A stretch of 35,786 nucleotides of DNA from Armatimonadota bacterium (GTDB lineage Bacteria; Armatimonadota; Zipacnadia; Zipacnadales; UBA5352), in the NCBI GenBank assembly GCA_034722055.1, contig JAYENL010000144.1:1-35786 (forward strand), read 5' to 3'. Both the position numbers and the translations under genes were made by a program. Positions 18,480 to 27,541 of the stretch are shown here, in pieces. Below the pieces are notes generated by a model that was not told the origin of the DNA, did not search any database, and saw only the letters and a program-made list of their open reading frames with translations. How positions within the stretch are numbered: position 1 is the stretch's first letter; every line of letters starts with the position of its first letter.

Positions 18480-21242
18480 TCAGTCGAACAGCAGCCTGGC
18501 CTCCGCCAGCATCACCCAGTCGGAGTTGGTGCTGTCGGACTGCTCCAGGTTGCGGATGATCAGGGTGTTGGCTCCGGCGTTAAGTATACCTGATGGCAGC
18601 GGGATTTTCCACTCATACCAGCCGAGCTTGTCGAACTCATTGGGTCCGCTGTGCAGGACCTGGTCGTTGAGGGTCACCTCCACGTCGGTCACGCCCTCCT
18701 TGTCATGGTCCTGCCCCACCAGCACCAGAGCGGCTCGGGCGGGCGGATCATCGAGCTGGAAGGTGGTGGTCATGGTGTGCACCGCGGTGCCCCGGCCGTA
18801 GGCCCAGGTGGCCCGGCGCGGTTCGCAGGCGTTGTCGTAGACCTGGTGGCCGGTGCCGCCCACGAAGGCGGACTCGGGGATGCGCACCCCCCCGTCGATC
18901 CGCTCCACCATCGCCGCGATCTCCCCCAGCTCTCGGAGGCGCTCCGCCGAGTTGTGCAGCGGCTCCGCGAGGCCCTGCAGCGCCTTCAGGACCTCCGTCG
19001 TCTCCGAGCACCGCTTCAGCTCCTCAAGCGCGGCGTCCATGGCCTCCACGTGCGCCACGATCTCCGCCACCTGAGCGGCGTTGATCGGCCCGACCGTCTC
19101 AGCGATCTCCCCGGTGGTCATGTCGGAGATGTCGCGCGAGAGCTCGTAGTAGGGGTCGCGGACGGCGAAGTAGTGCTCGTGGAACTGCCGCGCCGGCTGC
19201 ACGCAGCCCTGCCCCAGGACGGTGCGGATGGCGCGGTCCAGGGCATCCTGGGGCTCGTAGGCCTCCGGGTTCCAGGCGTAGTCGGCGTAGATCATGGAGC
19301 CGAGAAGGTAGACGCCGGTGGCGCCGCCGTTGCTGTGCAGGCCGCCGCCGGTCATCTGCCAGAAGCGGTCGGGGTAGTCAGAATCGAAGGGGTCGAGCAC
19401 GTAGGTCGGGTTGGCGTGGCGGGCGTAGATGGTGTTGTCCCACAGGTAGGGCTTCCGGCCGATGAGCGAGGTGAAGTGCCGGACCTGCTCGGCGGTGATC
19501 GTCCGCGAGCGCACGCGCGGGCCGGTCCAGACGATCAGCACATCCTCCGGGGCCATCTCGCCCAGCGTGCGGAGGTACTTCTCGCCCTCCTCCTGATAGG
19601 CACCGTGGGGGATCCAGTAGTAGGCGGGGCAGACCAGCATGCGGCAGTGCGGGTGCGTGGACTTCAGCCGCCGGTGGAGCTGTTGCACCAGCGTGCCGTG
19701 GCACTCGCCGAGGGAGTCGAAGGCCTGCTGGTCGGCCTGGTTGGTGATGATGTAGTGGGGGGCGGGTCCGCCGAGCCTGGAGGCGAAGTCGTCCAGCGCC
19801 AGCATCACCCACCTCCCGCCGCGATCCAGGCTGATGCGGAAGGTGTCCGCCAGGTCGTCGATCTGCTCGGGGTCGGAGACCTGGATCTTGTGCTTGCCGT
19901 CGTACTCCCAGTTGCTGACGTGCAGGGGGTTGACGAACTGGATGGGCCACAGCCCCCGGGGGGCCGCCCAGCCCCACATGGCCGCGATCTTGTCGGTGTA
20001 GGGGGTGCCGGTGGCCTCCAGGTCGGGGTTCTCCGCCAGGTTCTCGTCCTGGCCCTCGCGTGTGAGCACGACGTCATCGACGCAGAAGCCCTGGCCGATC
20101 TCCAGGCCGTCGCTATTCTGACCGACGATCGACAGCCGCGGGGCGAAGCGCACAGCCTCCTCCGGCAGCGCGAAGGTCACCTCATGGCGGGTCCACTCCC
20201 CGGTGACCGGCAGCGCCTGCGGCTCGGTGGCCGCGAAGTCGCGGTCGTCCCTGGTGGCGGCCTCGGCGGTCCAGGTGACCACGCCCACCTCGATCTGCGG
20301 CACCTCGCCGCGCAGCCACAGCTCCATGCGATAGCTCCCGGGCTTGGCCTCCAGGGCGTCGGGGCCATCGTAGCCGCCGGTCCGCCCCACCATGAGGGCG
20401 GCGGAGATGTAGTGGGGGCGGTCCTCGAAGCCCTCGTACCAGGAGGAGATCTCAGCGCGCACGCAGCGCTCGCCGGAGTGAGGGTTCTCGGCGCTGCTGT
20501 GCACGGCAAGATGTCCGGCGCCCGAGTAGACCCCCCAGCCCTCGGGCCGGCCCATGCCATCGGGGTCGCGCCAGGCGTCCCGCCCCACCGAGCCGTAGTT
20601 CATGTCCAGCGTCGAGAACTTGCACTTCGCCAGCCAGGCCGCGGCCTCCGGCGTATAGCAGCAGATGCCGCGCATCTCGAAGGTCGGCCAGTCGTGCACC
20701 TGCGCGCAGCGAAGCAGCACCCGGCCATCCTGCACCGTCAGCAGTTGCAGCAGGGACATGGCCGCGAAGTAGCTGCCCATGGGCCCGCCGCCCGCCGCGA
20801 GACAGACCTGCCGGCCGCTCTCTTCCCCGCAGCGAATGACATAGCCCTGCTCGCCGCGGGGCCCCGGGATCAGCGCCATGCCCGGTCGCGAGGCCAGCTC
20901 CGCGAGGGCGGCGTTGGTCTCCGGAGAGCCGATGCAGATGACGGTGCCGTCAGGGATGGGCGCGTCGTGCGCGCGGGGCTGAAAGCGGGGGTCCTCGGCG
21001 CCGGCAAGGGAGCAGATGCGGGCGATGAGGTCCTCCGCGGCGAGGCGCTCGGCGCTCTCGGCGCCTGCGATGATGGTCGCCAGCGGCCGCCGCCGGGCGA
21101 TGTCATACACGGGGATGAAGCGGTCCTCGTAGGTGGCGCGCTTGGGCTGGGGCATAATCTCGCCCGTGTAGCAGGGCGGGCCCGCCGCCCGGGCAGCGAT
21201 TGCGGTGGCGACCAGCAGCGTTACCGGCACGAGCACGCGCAT
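18480..21242 (-). CDS. Secreted modular beta-N-acetylglucosaminidase-like protein (GH20 domain 2, GH84-like barrel with inserted CBM, C-terminal beta-sandwich)
   Basis: Signal peptide. IMPQPK, GY.I, V.DWP.F..RG fit GH20 domain 2. LALDDF, CP.YY, VWTGP.V, RKPYLWDN, ADYAWNP..Y fit GH84. Confidence 0.8.
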   Translation of the reverse strand: MRVLVPVTLLVATAIAARAAGPPCYTGEIMPQPKRATYEDRFIPVYDIARRRPLATIIAGAESAERLAAEDLIARICSLAGAEDPRFQPRAHDAPIPDGTVICIGSPETNAALAELASRPGMALIPGPRGEQGYVIRCGEESGRQVCLAAGGGPMGSYFAAMSLLQLLTVQDGRVLLRCAQVHDWPTFEMRGICCYTPEAAAWLAKCKFSTLDMNYGSVGRDAWRDPDGMGRPEGWGVYSGAGHLAVHSSAENPHSGERCVRAEISSWYEGFEDRPHYISAALMVGRTGGYDGPDALEAKPGSYRMELWLRGEVPQIEVGVVTWTAEAATRDDRDFAATEPQALPVTGEWTRHEVTFALPEEAVRFAPRLSIVGQNSDGLEIGQGFCVDDVVLTREGQDENLAENPDLEATGTPYTDKIAAMWGWAAPRGLWPIQFVNPLHVSNWEYDGKHKIQVSDPEQIDDLADTFRISLDRGGRWVMLALDDFASRLGGPAPHYIITNQADQQAFDSLGECHGTLVQQLHRRLKSTHPHCRMLVCPAYYWIPHGAYQEEGEKYLRTLGEMAPEDVLIVWTGPRVRSRTITAEQVRHFTSLIGRKPYLWDNTIYARHANPTYVLDPFDSDYPDRFWQMTGGGLHSNGGATGVYLLGSMIYADYAWNPEAYEPQDALDRAIRTVLGQGCVQPARQFHEHYFAVRDPYYELSRDISDMTTGEIAETVGPINAAQVAEIVAHVEAMDAALEELKRCSETTEVLKALQGLAEPLHNSAERLRELGEIAAMVERIDGGVRIPESAFVGGTGHQVYDNACEPRRATWAYGRGTAVHTMTTTFQLDDPPARAALVLVGQDHDKEGVTDVEVTLNDQVLHSGPNEFDKLGWYEWKIPLPSGILNAGANTLIIRNLEQSDSTNSDWVMLAEARLLFD

Positions 21243-21275
21243 GGCAGTGCACCCCCGGGTCAGAGTGTCGGACGG

Positions 21276-21515
21276 TCACTGCAGGTTCTCATCGTCGCGG
21301 AAGATCAGGGCGCCGCAGTGGCGGCAGACGGCGGCGTCGCCGAGGACGGTCTGCCGCCGGCCGCACCGGCCGCAGCGCTGCAGCACGGGAGGCTGCAGCA
21401 GCGCGAGGCTCTGCTCGCCGCGCCGACTCCTCACCCTCCGACTCCGCCGGCGCCGCGGGCGCGGCACCGGCTCGGGCAGGTCCATGGGCAGCCTGGGCTG
21501 GTCATCGTCGGACAT
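21276..21515 (-). CDS. Small Arg-rich zinc-ribbon protein
   Basis: 79 aa, CGRC-x12-CRHCG, GGGAG RBS, near-consensus promoter upstream. Confidence 0.7.
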   Translation of the reverse strand: MSDDDQPRLPMDLPEPVPRPRRRRSRRVRSRRGEQSLALLQPPVLQRCGRCGRRQTVLGDAAVCRHCGALIFRDDENLQ

Positions 21516-21566
21516 GGGCCACCGTCTCCCGCGCCGTCAGGGCCTCCACGATCCGATAGCGGACTT

Positions 21567-21595
21567 AGCGTACACGCCCCTGTGCACGCTGTCAA
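21567..21595 (-). promoter_or_regulatory. Sigma70-type promoter
   Basis: - strand TTGACA (21595-21590), 17 nt, TACGCT (21572-21567), about 50 nt upstream of ATG21515. Confidence 0.7.
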
Positions 21596-21878
21596 AGGGT
21601 TTCAGCGCGTTCGGTGGAAGGATGACACACCGCGGACTCCGATACATGGGAGCATCGCGATGAGGCTCATCGCAGCCGTCAGGGATGCCTCGCCGCGGAC
21701 CGGCATGGGACACGCGGTCGGCGGATTCCCGTGCACGCTTTGGAGCGCGGGCGGCCCCGTCGGCGCATGGTCAGACCGAGGTGGGCTGAGGCTTGAGTGG
21801 CGCCGCGCGCCACAAGCCGGCGAGGGCGCCGGCTTCCCAGGAAAAAGTACCGCAGCGAGGGCGCCGTCCGTATCCAGT

Positions 21879-21907
21879 TTGCAGCAGCTCGGAGTCCGCC
21901 CTACAAT
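21879..21907 (+). promoter_or_regulatory. Sigma70-type promoter
   Basis: TTGCAG (21879-21884), 17 nt, TACAAT (21902-21907). Confidence 0.55.
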
Positions 21908-22308
21908 CAGGGAGTACGAAGATGTCTGCCTGGAGGCTGGTGACATCAGCCAACTGCCCATCGCAGTCGGCATGACGGGGGCGAGGGTCGAGATCTCGGA
22001 CTGCCCGAGGCTGAAGGCCCTGACGGAGGTCCGACTGTTCGAGGACCCTGGCGTGACCCGCGTCGCGAGTTCGAAGCCGAGAGACCAGAAGGGGCTGCTC
22101 AGTTGGAGCCCGGCTGCCACGGCTCTGGCTGCCGACCGGCTGATGTGGCGGCAAGCGGGCATCGCAGGGGCATACGCCGGTGGGGCTTATCGACGTCATC
22201 ATCTGGGACACCTATGACGCGCGCTGCCATCGCCGGCCGCGATGACCTGCGGACTTCGGGCGGCACATCATGTTGTGACGAACGTACTCCCAGACGCAGA
22301 GAGAAGCA

Positions 22309-25300
22309 GTGACCGGGAGGGGATCTGCCGTGAGAAGCCGCGCTCTCGCCACGCTCCTGTGCATCATGGCGGTCTGCGCGACGTCGCTTGCCCACGGCGC
22401 TGACGTCCGGCTCTGGCGCGAGTTAGATATCGTGCCCATGCCGAAGCAGATGGAGCTGACTGGCCGGGAGCTGTCGCTGGCCGGGGCTGCTGTGGTGCTT
22501 GGCGAAGGCTCCTCTCGCCAGGAGCGGATCGGCGCCCAGTGGCTCAGCGACGAGTGCGTGGCGCACGGTGGGGAGCCAATCCCTGCAGTGATGCCCGGCC
22601 AAGGGGCCGACGCCCCCCTGCGCATCATCGTCGGCACTCGCCGCAGCAATCCATTGATTGCCGGTGCGGCGGAGGCTGGAGAGGTCAACGTTGGCCTCGG
22701 CAATCCGGGCGAGCGCGGCTACGTGATCGTCCCACGCGAGCGCGAGGGCGCCACGGAGCTGCTCCTGGCTGGAGCGGATGACATCGGCGCCCTCTACGCC
22801 TGCATCACGCTCGGCGAGCTGTTTCGGGACGGCGATGACGGCCCGACCGTCCGCGAGGCCGCGGTCCGAGACTGGCCGGATTTCATCGACATGACTCTGG
22901 GAGCCGGCTACATCGGCGACATCCGCGGCACCGATGCTGAGCCGCTCTACAATCAGGTCCGCTGGAGTGAGGAGCCCGACCAGGAGCTGCGGCAGGCCTT
23001 CCTCGCGGCCATGCGCGAGCACTACGACCGGCTGCTGCGGTGGAAGGTCTCGAGCCTGTGGCTGAACGTGCGCGCTTCCACACCGCCGGCCAGCCGAGCG
23101 GTCATCCGGGAGGCGGTGGAATACGGGAAGGAACGAGGCATCGGCTGCCTCTACTACGCCATGCAGCCCTTCGCCGGGCGGGTCGCCGACTATCCGGACT
23201 ACGACGGGCCGAAGCTGCCGCCGGGGCGCTATCCCGAGTGGATCCGCTGCTGGTCGCTCGACGACATGCGGCGCGAGACCGCCGACGAGTTCGCCAGGCT
23301 GTGCGCGGAGATCGGCTACACCGACATCGGATTCCACGATACGGACACGGGCGGGTTCCTCAATCCCGCCCAGTGGGAGGACCGCTGCGAGGTCTGCCGG
23401 GAGCGGTGGGGCGATGACTATGCCGCGGCCACGGCGCAGAAGTACCGCATCTACTACGATGCGCTCAAGCAGCACATCCCCGAGGCCCGCATGCACATCG
23501 TCATCTACCCCTACTCGCTGCGCATCTACACTCAGGAGGGCGCTGAGCAGTACCTGGAGGAGAAGTACGGCCCAGGCCCGGGCGTGCCCGAGGCTGCGCG
23601 CAGGCTGCGTGAGCGCTACGAGAGGTTCTGGGGCCGCGTCAACGAGGCGCTGCCGGAGGACATCAACGTCTGCATCCGCGAGGAGCGCCCCCAGAACCTG
23701 GCGGCTTTCCGCGAGCTGATCGGCGACCGACCGCTCTACGTCTACTTCAAGCAGCTTGCCGACCCGTGGACGGCATTCTTCTCCGAGGCCCCGCGCTGGA
23801 CGGGCACGTTCTTCCGCGACTCCCGCGATTTCCTGTTCCCGCCCACGCTGGAGCTGTATGTCCCGATCCAGGCGCTGGCGGTTCGGGAGTATGCCTGGAA
23901 CACCGAGGCGCCCGGCGCGGCGCCCTTCGCCCGGCTCCCGGTGAAGGAGCAGTGGCGGCACTGTGAGCCGCAGGGCGAGATCTACGACATCGTCCTCCCG
24001 CACGTGGTGCGCAACTTCTTCGGCCCGCGCTATGCCGAGCAGCTCGCGGGGGCTCTGAGCAGGAACGTCAACCCCTACGAGATCTTCGAGCTGAAGCTGT
24101 TCGGCGGCAACCCCATGTTCCTGACAGACTACGAGCGCTGGCAATGGCAGGCCGATGAGGCTACTGAGGGCGCCGCGCTGCTCGACGAGGTCTGGACGCA
24201 GCGGGCCGGTGCGGATGACCGGCTGGGGATGACCGGCTACGCCTTCCGGCGCTTCCTCTACCTGCGTGAGGTCTTCCACTGCTGCCGGTGGATGGCAACG
24301 GCACGCGCCCACGAGATGCGCGCCCGGGAGCTGGCCCGGACCGGCGACCTCGAAGGCGCCCGCGCGGCTCTTGCGGCCGGACGGGAGGCGGTCGAGAGGG
24401 GCAAAGCCGACGTGCAGCAGCTTCTCGCCGAGCGGCCTGACGAGCCGCTCTACGTGCGGCAGGACATGATCGATCGCGACCGGCGGCTGAACTTCCGTCT
24501 GTTCACCCCCGACGCAGGGGTGGACTACGATGTCACACTGCGGCGCATCGAACAGACCGAGCAGGAGCTTCCCGCCCTCGTCGCGGCCGCCGGCATCGAT
24601 CAGCGCATCCTTGAGAAGCTCTCTGAGGATCGGGTCGTGCACGTCGGTGCTGCCGCTGGCGAGATTACCATCGACGGGCGGCTCGATGAGCCGGACTGGC
24701 AACGCGTCTACCCCTCCGAGAGCTTCTTCGTCTACCGCGGGGGCCGGAAGATCGCCGATGCGCCGACCCAGGCGCGTCTGTTACATGATGATGAGACCAT
24801 CTACGTGGGCTTCTCCTGTTGGCTGCCGGGCGGCGGCGAGCCCTTCGCGGCCGAGCGGGAGCATGACGCTGCTGTGCTGCAGGATGATTCCGTCGAGGTC
24901 TTCCTGGCGCCGCCGGAGATGGAGGGTGGCTACGTGCACCTGATGGTCAACGCGGCGGGGAGTCTGCGCGATCAGCTCTGCAGGGCCACCGTGGATGACA
25001 CAGGCGTGACGCAGATCGTTCGCAAGCCCGAGTGGGATGCGCCTGGGGTGCGGGTCGCGGCGAGCCAGGGGGAGGGCCGCTGGGATGTCGAGATCGCCCT
25101 CCCTCTCAGCGACCTGGGCGTGGAGGCCGTCGGAGGAGGCTGGTCCGCGAACGTCACGCGCGAGTATCACAGCGCCAACCAGACGCAGGAGCTGAGCTCC
25201 ATTCTGCCCGAGGGCTGCCGTGATTTCCATGACCGTGGCAGCTTCCGCCGCGTCCATTTCACCGGCGAGGAGTTCTCAGCGCCGCCACTGGAGGTGGAGC

Positions 25301-26415
25301 TGGCCGCGGCGGGCTTCGAGGCGGAGACGCAGACGCTCAATGACCGCATCGCGACCGTCTGTCGCTTCGGCGTCGAGGTCCACTGCAGCCGGGCCCTGCA
25401 CGACGTTACCGTGTCTGCCGAGGCCTGGGCGCCGGACGGGACACTGCAGCGCCGCAAGCTGCTCGCTCAGCGCCCGGTCATTCTGTACGAATGGGCGCCC
25501 GAGCAGACCTTCGAGGTTGACTTCGCGGAGCAGGTTGACGCCGGGGGCGTGCGCCTGGTGCTGGAGGCCGAGGAAGCGACCGCCGAACGCTGGCTGCGCT
25601 TGGGCGGATGGCGAGGCACTGCGGAGGCCGGCGCCATGCTCACCGACAGGGGGCTCACGGGGCGCGCCCTCGCCGACGCCTGCGTCCTGCCCTCGCGCGC
25701 CGTGCCTGACGGAGGGGAGGAGCCGGTGGGACTGGTCGAGTCGCGCACCGGCACCCTCGAGCTCTGGATCAGGCCCGAGTGGATGGGCCGGGAGCTGCCG
25801 CTGAGCAGCAACTTCGAGATGTGGCGCACGCGACACTGCTTCCTGCATTTCGGCCCCCTGCGCCCGGAGCATCCCTACCTGGCCAATCACTCCTCGCTGG
25901 CAGTCGAGCACGGCTCGCCTGACTGGTTGCGCTGCGCGGTGACCGCCCCCAACTACGCAGGGTGGTTCGCACAGGTGGATCTGAACGCCATCGGCGGTCT
26001 GGCGGCCGGGCGCTGGCATCACCTGGCGATCGTCTGGGATGGCGAGGCCCCACGCGAGGACTGGCTGCGCGTCTACATTGATGGGCGCAGGCGGAGCGAG
26101 GGCGTGCGGGTGAGCAAGGAGGAGCGTTTCGGCGACGACCCCTCCCTGCGCGTGACCACCAGCAGGCCCTACACCATCCAGGTCGGCTGCATGACAAGTG
26201 GCCGCTGCCCGGCCGACGCGCTTATTGACGAGCTGCGCATCTCCCGGGTGGCGCGCTACCATGTGGACTTCGAGCCCGTGCGCAGCGAGATGTCCCTCGA
26301 TGCCAGCACGTCCCTGCTGATGCACTTCAACGAGGACCTCGTGGGCGACGGCCGCGCGCCCGACGGCGCCGTCTACCGGCTCGAGGCGGTCCCCGGCGTG
26401 CCGGAGTACCATTAG
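22309..26415 (+). CDS. Large secreted modular glycoside-hydrolase-like protein (GH20 domain 2, divergent GH84/GH20-like barrel, CBM9-like, LamG-like)
   Basis: Signal peptide ending AHG-A. IVPMPK, GY.I, LAGAD..GALYA..TL, VRDWPDF, YAWN. CBM9-like ITIDGRLDE.DW, DDSVEVFL, W.VEIA.PL. LamG-like GTLELW.RP, WHHLAIVWD, VYIDG, IDELRIS. Start may be GTG22309 or GTG22330. Confidence 0.8.
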   Translation: MTGRGSAVRSRALATLLCIMAVCATSLAHGADVRLWRELDIVPMPKQMELTGRELSLAGAAVVLGEGSSRQERIGAQWLSDECVAHGGEPIPAVMPGQGADAPLRIIVGTRRSNPLIAGAAEAGEVNVGLGNPGERGYVIVPREREGATELLLAGADDIGALYACITLGELFRDGDDGPTVREAAVRDWPDFIDMTLGAGYIGDIRGTDAEPLYNQVRWSEEPDQELRQAFLAAMREHYDRLLRWKVSSLWLNVRASTPPASRAVIREAVEYGKERGIGCLYYAMQPFAGRVADYPDYDGPKLPPGRYPEWIRCWSLDDMRRETADEFARLCAEIGYTDIGFHDTDTGGFLNPAQWEDRCEVCRERWGDDYAAATAQKYRIYYDALKQHIPEARMHIVIYPYSLRIYTQEGAEQYLEEKYGPGPGVPEAARRLRERYERFWGRVNEALPEDINVCIREERPQNLAAFRELIGDRPLYVYFKQLADPWTAFFSEAPRWTGTFFRDSRDFLFPPTLELYVPIQALAVREYAWNTEAPGAAPFARLPVKEQWRHCEPQGEIYDIVLPHVVRNFFGPRYAEQLAGALSRNVNPYEIFELKLFGGNPMFLTDYERWQWQADEATEGAALLDEVWTQRAGADDRLGMTGYAFRRFLYLREVFHCCRWMATARAHEMRARELARTGDLEGARAALAAGREAVERGKADVQQLLAERPDEPLYVRQDMIDRDRRLNFRLFTPDAGVDYDVTLRRIEQTEQELPALVAAAGIDQRILEKLSEDRVVHVGAAAGEITIDGRLDEPDWQRVYPSESFFVYRGGRKIADAPTQARLLHDDETIYVGFSCWLPGGGEPFAAEREHDAAVLQDDSVEVFLAPPEMEGGYVHLMVNAAGSLRDQLCRATVDDTGVTQIVRKPEWDAPGVRVAASQGEGRWDVEIALPLSDLGVEAVGGGWSANVTREYHSANQTQELSSILPEGCRDFHDRGSFRRVHFTGEEFSAPPLEVELAAAGFEAETQTLNDRIATVCRFGVEVHCSRALHDVTVSAEAWAPDGTLQRRKLLAQRPVILYEWAPEQTFEVDFAEQVDAGGVRLVLEAEEATAERWLRLGGWRGTAEAGAMLTDRGLTGRALADACVLPSRAVPDGGEEPVGLVESRTGTLELWIRPEWMGRELPLSSNFEMWRTRHCFLHFGPLRPEHPYLANHSSLAVEHGSPDWLRCAVTAPNYAGWFAQVDLNAIGGLAAGRWHHLAIVWDGEAPREDWLRVYIDGRRRSEGVRVSKEERFGDDPSLRVTTSRPYTIQVGCMTSGRCPADALIDELRISRVARYHVDFEPVRSEMSLDASTSLLMHFNEDLVGDGRAPDGAVYRLEAVPGVPEYH

Positions 26416-26476
26416 CCCGATGTGGCTCAATTGAGGATCGGGCAACGCGAGCAGGCCGTGGAAGCCGAAAGGGCGG

Positions 26477-27508
26477 GTGGACATGGAAGACCTGTTTGAG
26501 GATGAGAGGATACCGAAGATTGTGGTGGCGGCAGACGGGACCGTCCTGGCTTTTGCCGATGGCTGTCGGCTGCTGCGTCACAGCGACGACCGGGGCGAGA
26601 CATGGTCGCAACCGGAAACCGTGAATCCGGAGGGCAGGGGAAACGCCATCGTCGATGATACAACGGGTGACGTCCTCATCGTCTGTCCGCCGCGTTCATC
26701 CCTGCTGCGCAGCAGCGACGCCGGAAGGAGCTGGACAGAGGAAGCGATCGTCATCCAGCCCAACGCAATCGGTCACGGGAGCCCGGATGGGGTCCCGGCC
26801 GACGGGGCAGCCTCGGAATCGGGAATCACGCTGCGCCATGGCGAACACAGGGGCCGGCTTGTCATGCCCGTGCGCATCCAGCCGCCGGAGGGCAGCAACG
26901 CTCAGGAGTACTGGCAGTACAACTACAACACCTCCATCCACAGCGAGGATGGCGGCAGGACCTGGCAGGTCGGTGAGCCGGTGCAAAGCGGCACTGGTGA
27001 GGGCACGCTGGCGGAGCTGTCTGACGGGCGTATCTACTACAACTCTCGCTGCCACATGGCGGTAGACCACCGCCGGCGCATCGCCTGGAGCCACGACGGC
27101 GGGCATCGCTGGACCGACTGGCAGGTCAGCCACGAGCTGTTCGAGGTCGGCGGACCGCACTACTTCAAGTATGGCCGCGATCCCAGCTACGGCTGCAATG
27201 CGGGCCTGGTGCGGGTGCCTCCCGAGGCAACCGGCGGCCGGGACATCTTGATCTACAGTGCGCCCGACAATCCCGGGGCCACAAGCCCGCACAACGGGCG
27301 CATCCGGATGACGGTCTGGGCCAGCACCGACGGCGCGCGGAGCTGGCCCATCAAGCGCCTGGTGTATGAGGGCATCAGCGTCTACTCGTCGCTGGCTGCA
27401 GACCGTGAGGGCAATGTGTATCTGCTCTTCGAAAGCGGGGAGCAGGAGCTCTACGAGAAGATCTCGTTCGCACGCTTCGGTCTGGCCTGGCTGGGGCTGG
27501 ATGAGTGA
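26477..27508 (+). CDS. Exo-alpha-sialidase (GH33) family protein, no signal peptide
   Basis: RIP motif (ERIPKI), five Asp boxes (SDDRGETW, SSDAGRSW, SEDGGRTW, SHDGGHRW, STDGARSW), GEG, NSR, YSSL, LLFE. Start GTG26477 or ATG26483. Confidence 0.88.
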   Translation: MDMEDLFEDERIPKIVVAADGTVLAFADGCRLLRHSDDRGETWSQPETVNPEGRGNAIVDDTTGDVLIVCPPRSSLLRSSDAGRSWTEEAIVIQPNAIGHGSPDGVPADGAASESGITLRHGEHRGRLVMPVRIQPPEGSNAQEYWQYNYNTSIHSEDGGRTWQVGEPVQSGTGEGTLAELSDGRIYYNSRCHMAVDHRRRIAWSHDGGHRWTDWQVSHELFEVGGPHYFKYGRDPSYGCNAGLVRVPPEATGGRDILIYSAPDNPGATSPHNGRIRMTVWASTDGARSWPIKRLVYEGISVYSSLAADREGNVYLLFESGEQELYEKISFARFGLAWLGLDE

Positions 27509-27541
27509 CCGGGCATCTCGACGTGTGAAAGGAAGCTCAGC

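Noticed and set aside
21890..21904. CGGAGTCCGCCCTAC as a GTAG-type REP element
   Set aside because: Only a half-palindrome is present, and it is better explained as the spacer and -10 of the TTGCAG-17-TACAAT promoter.
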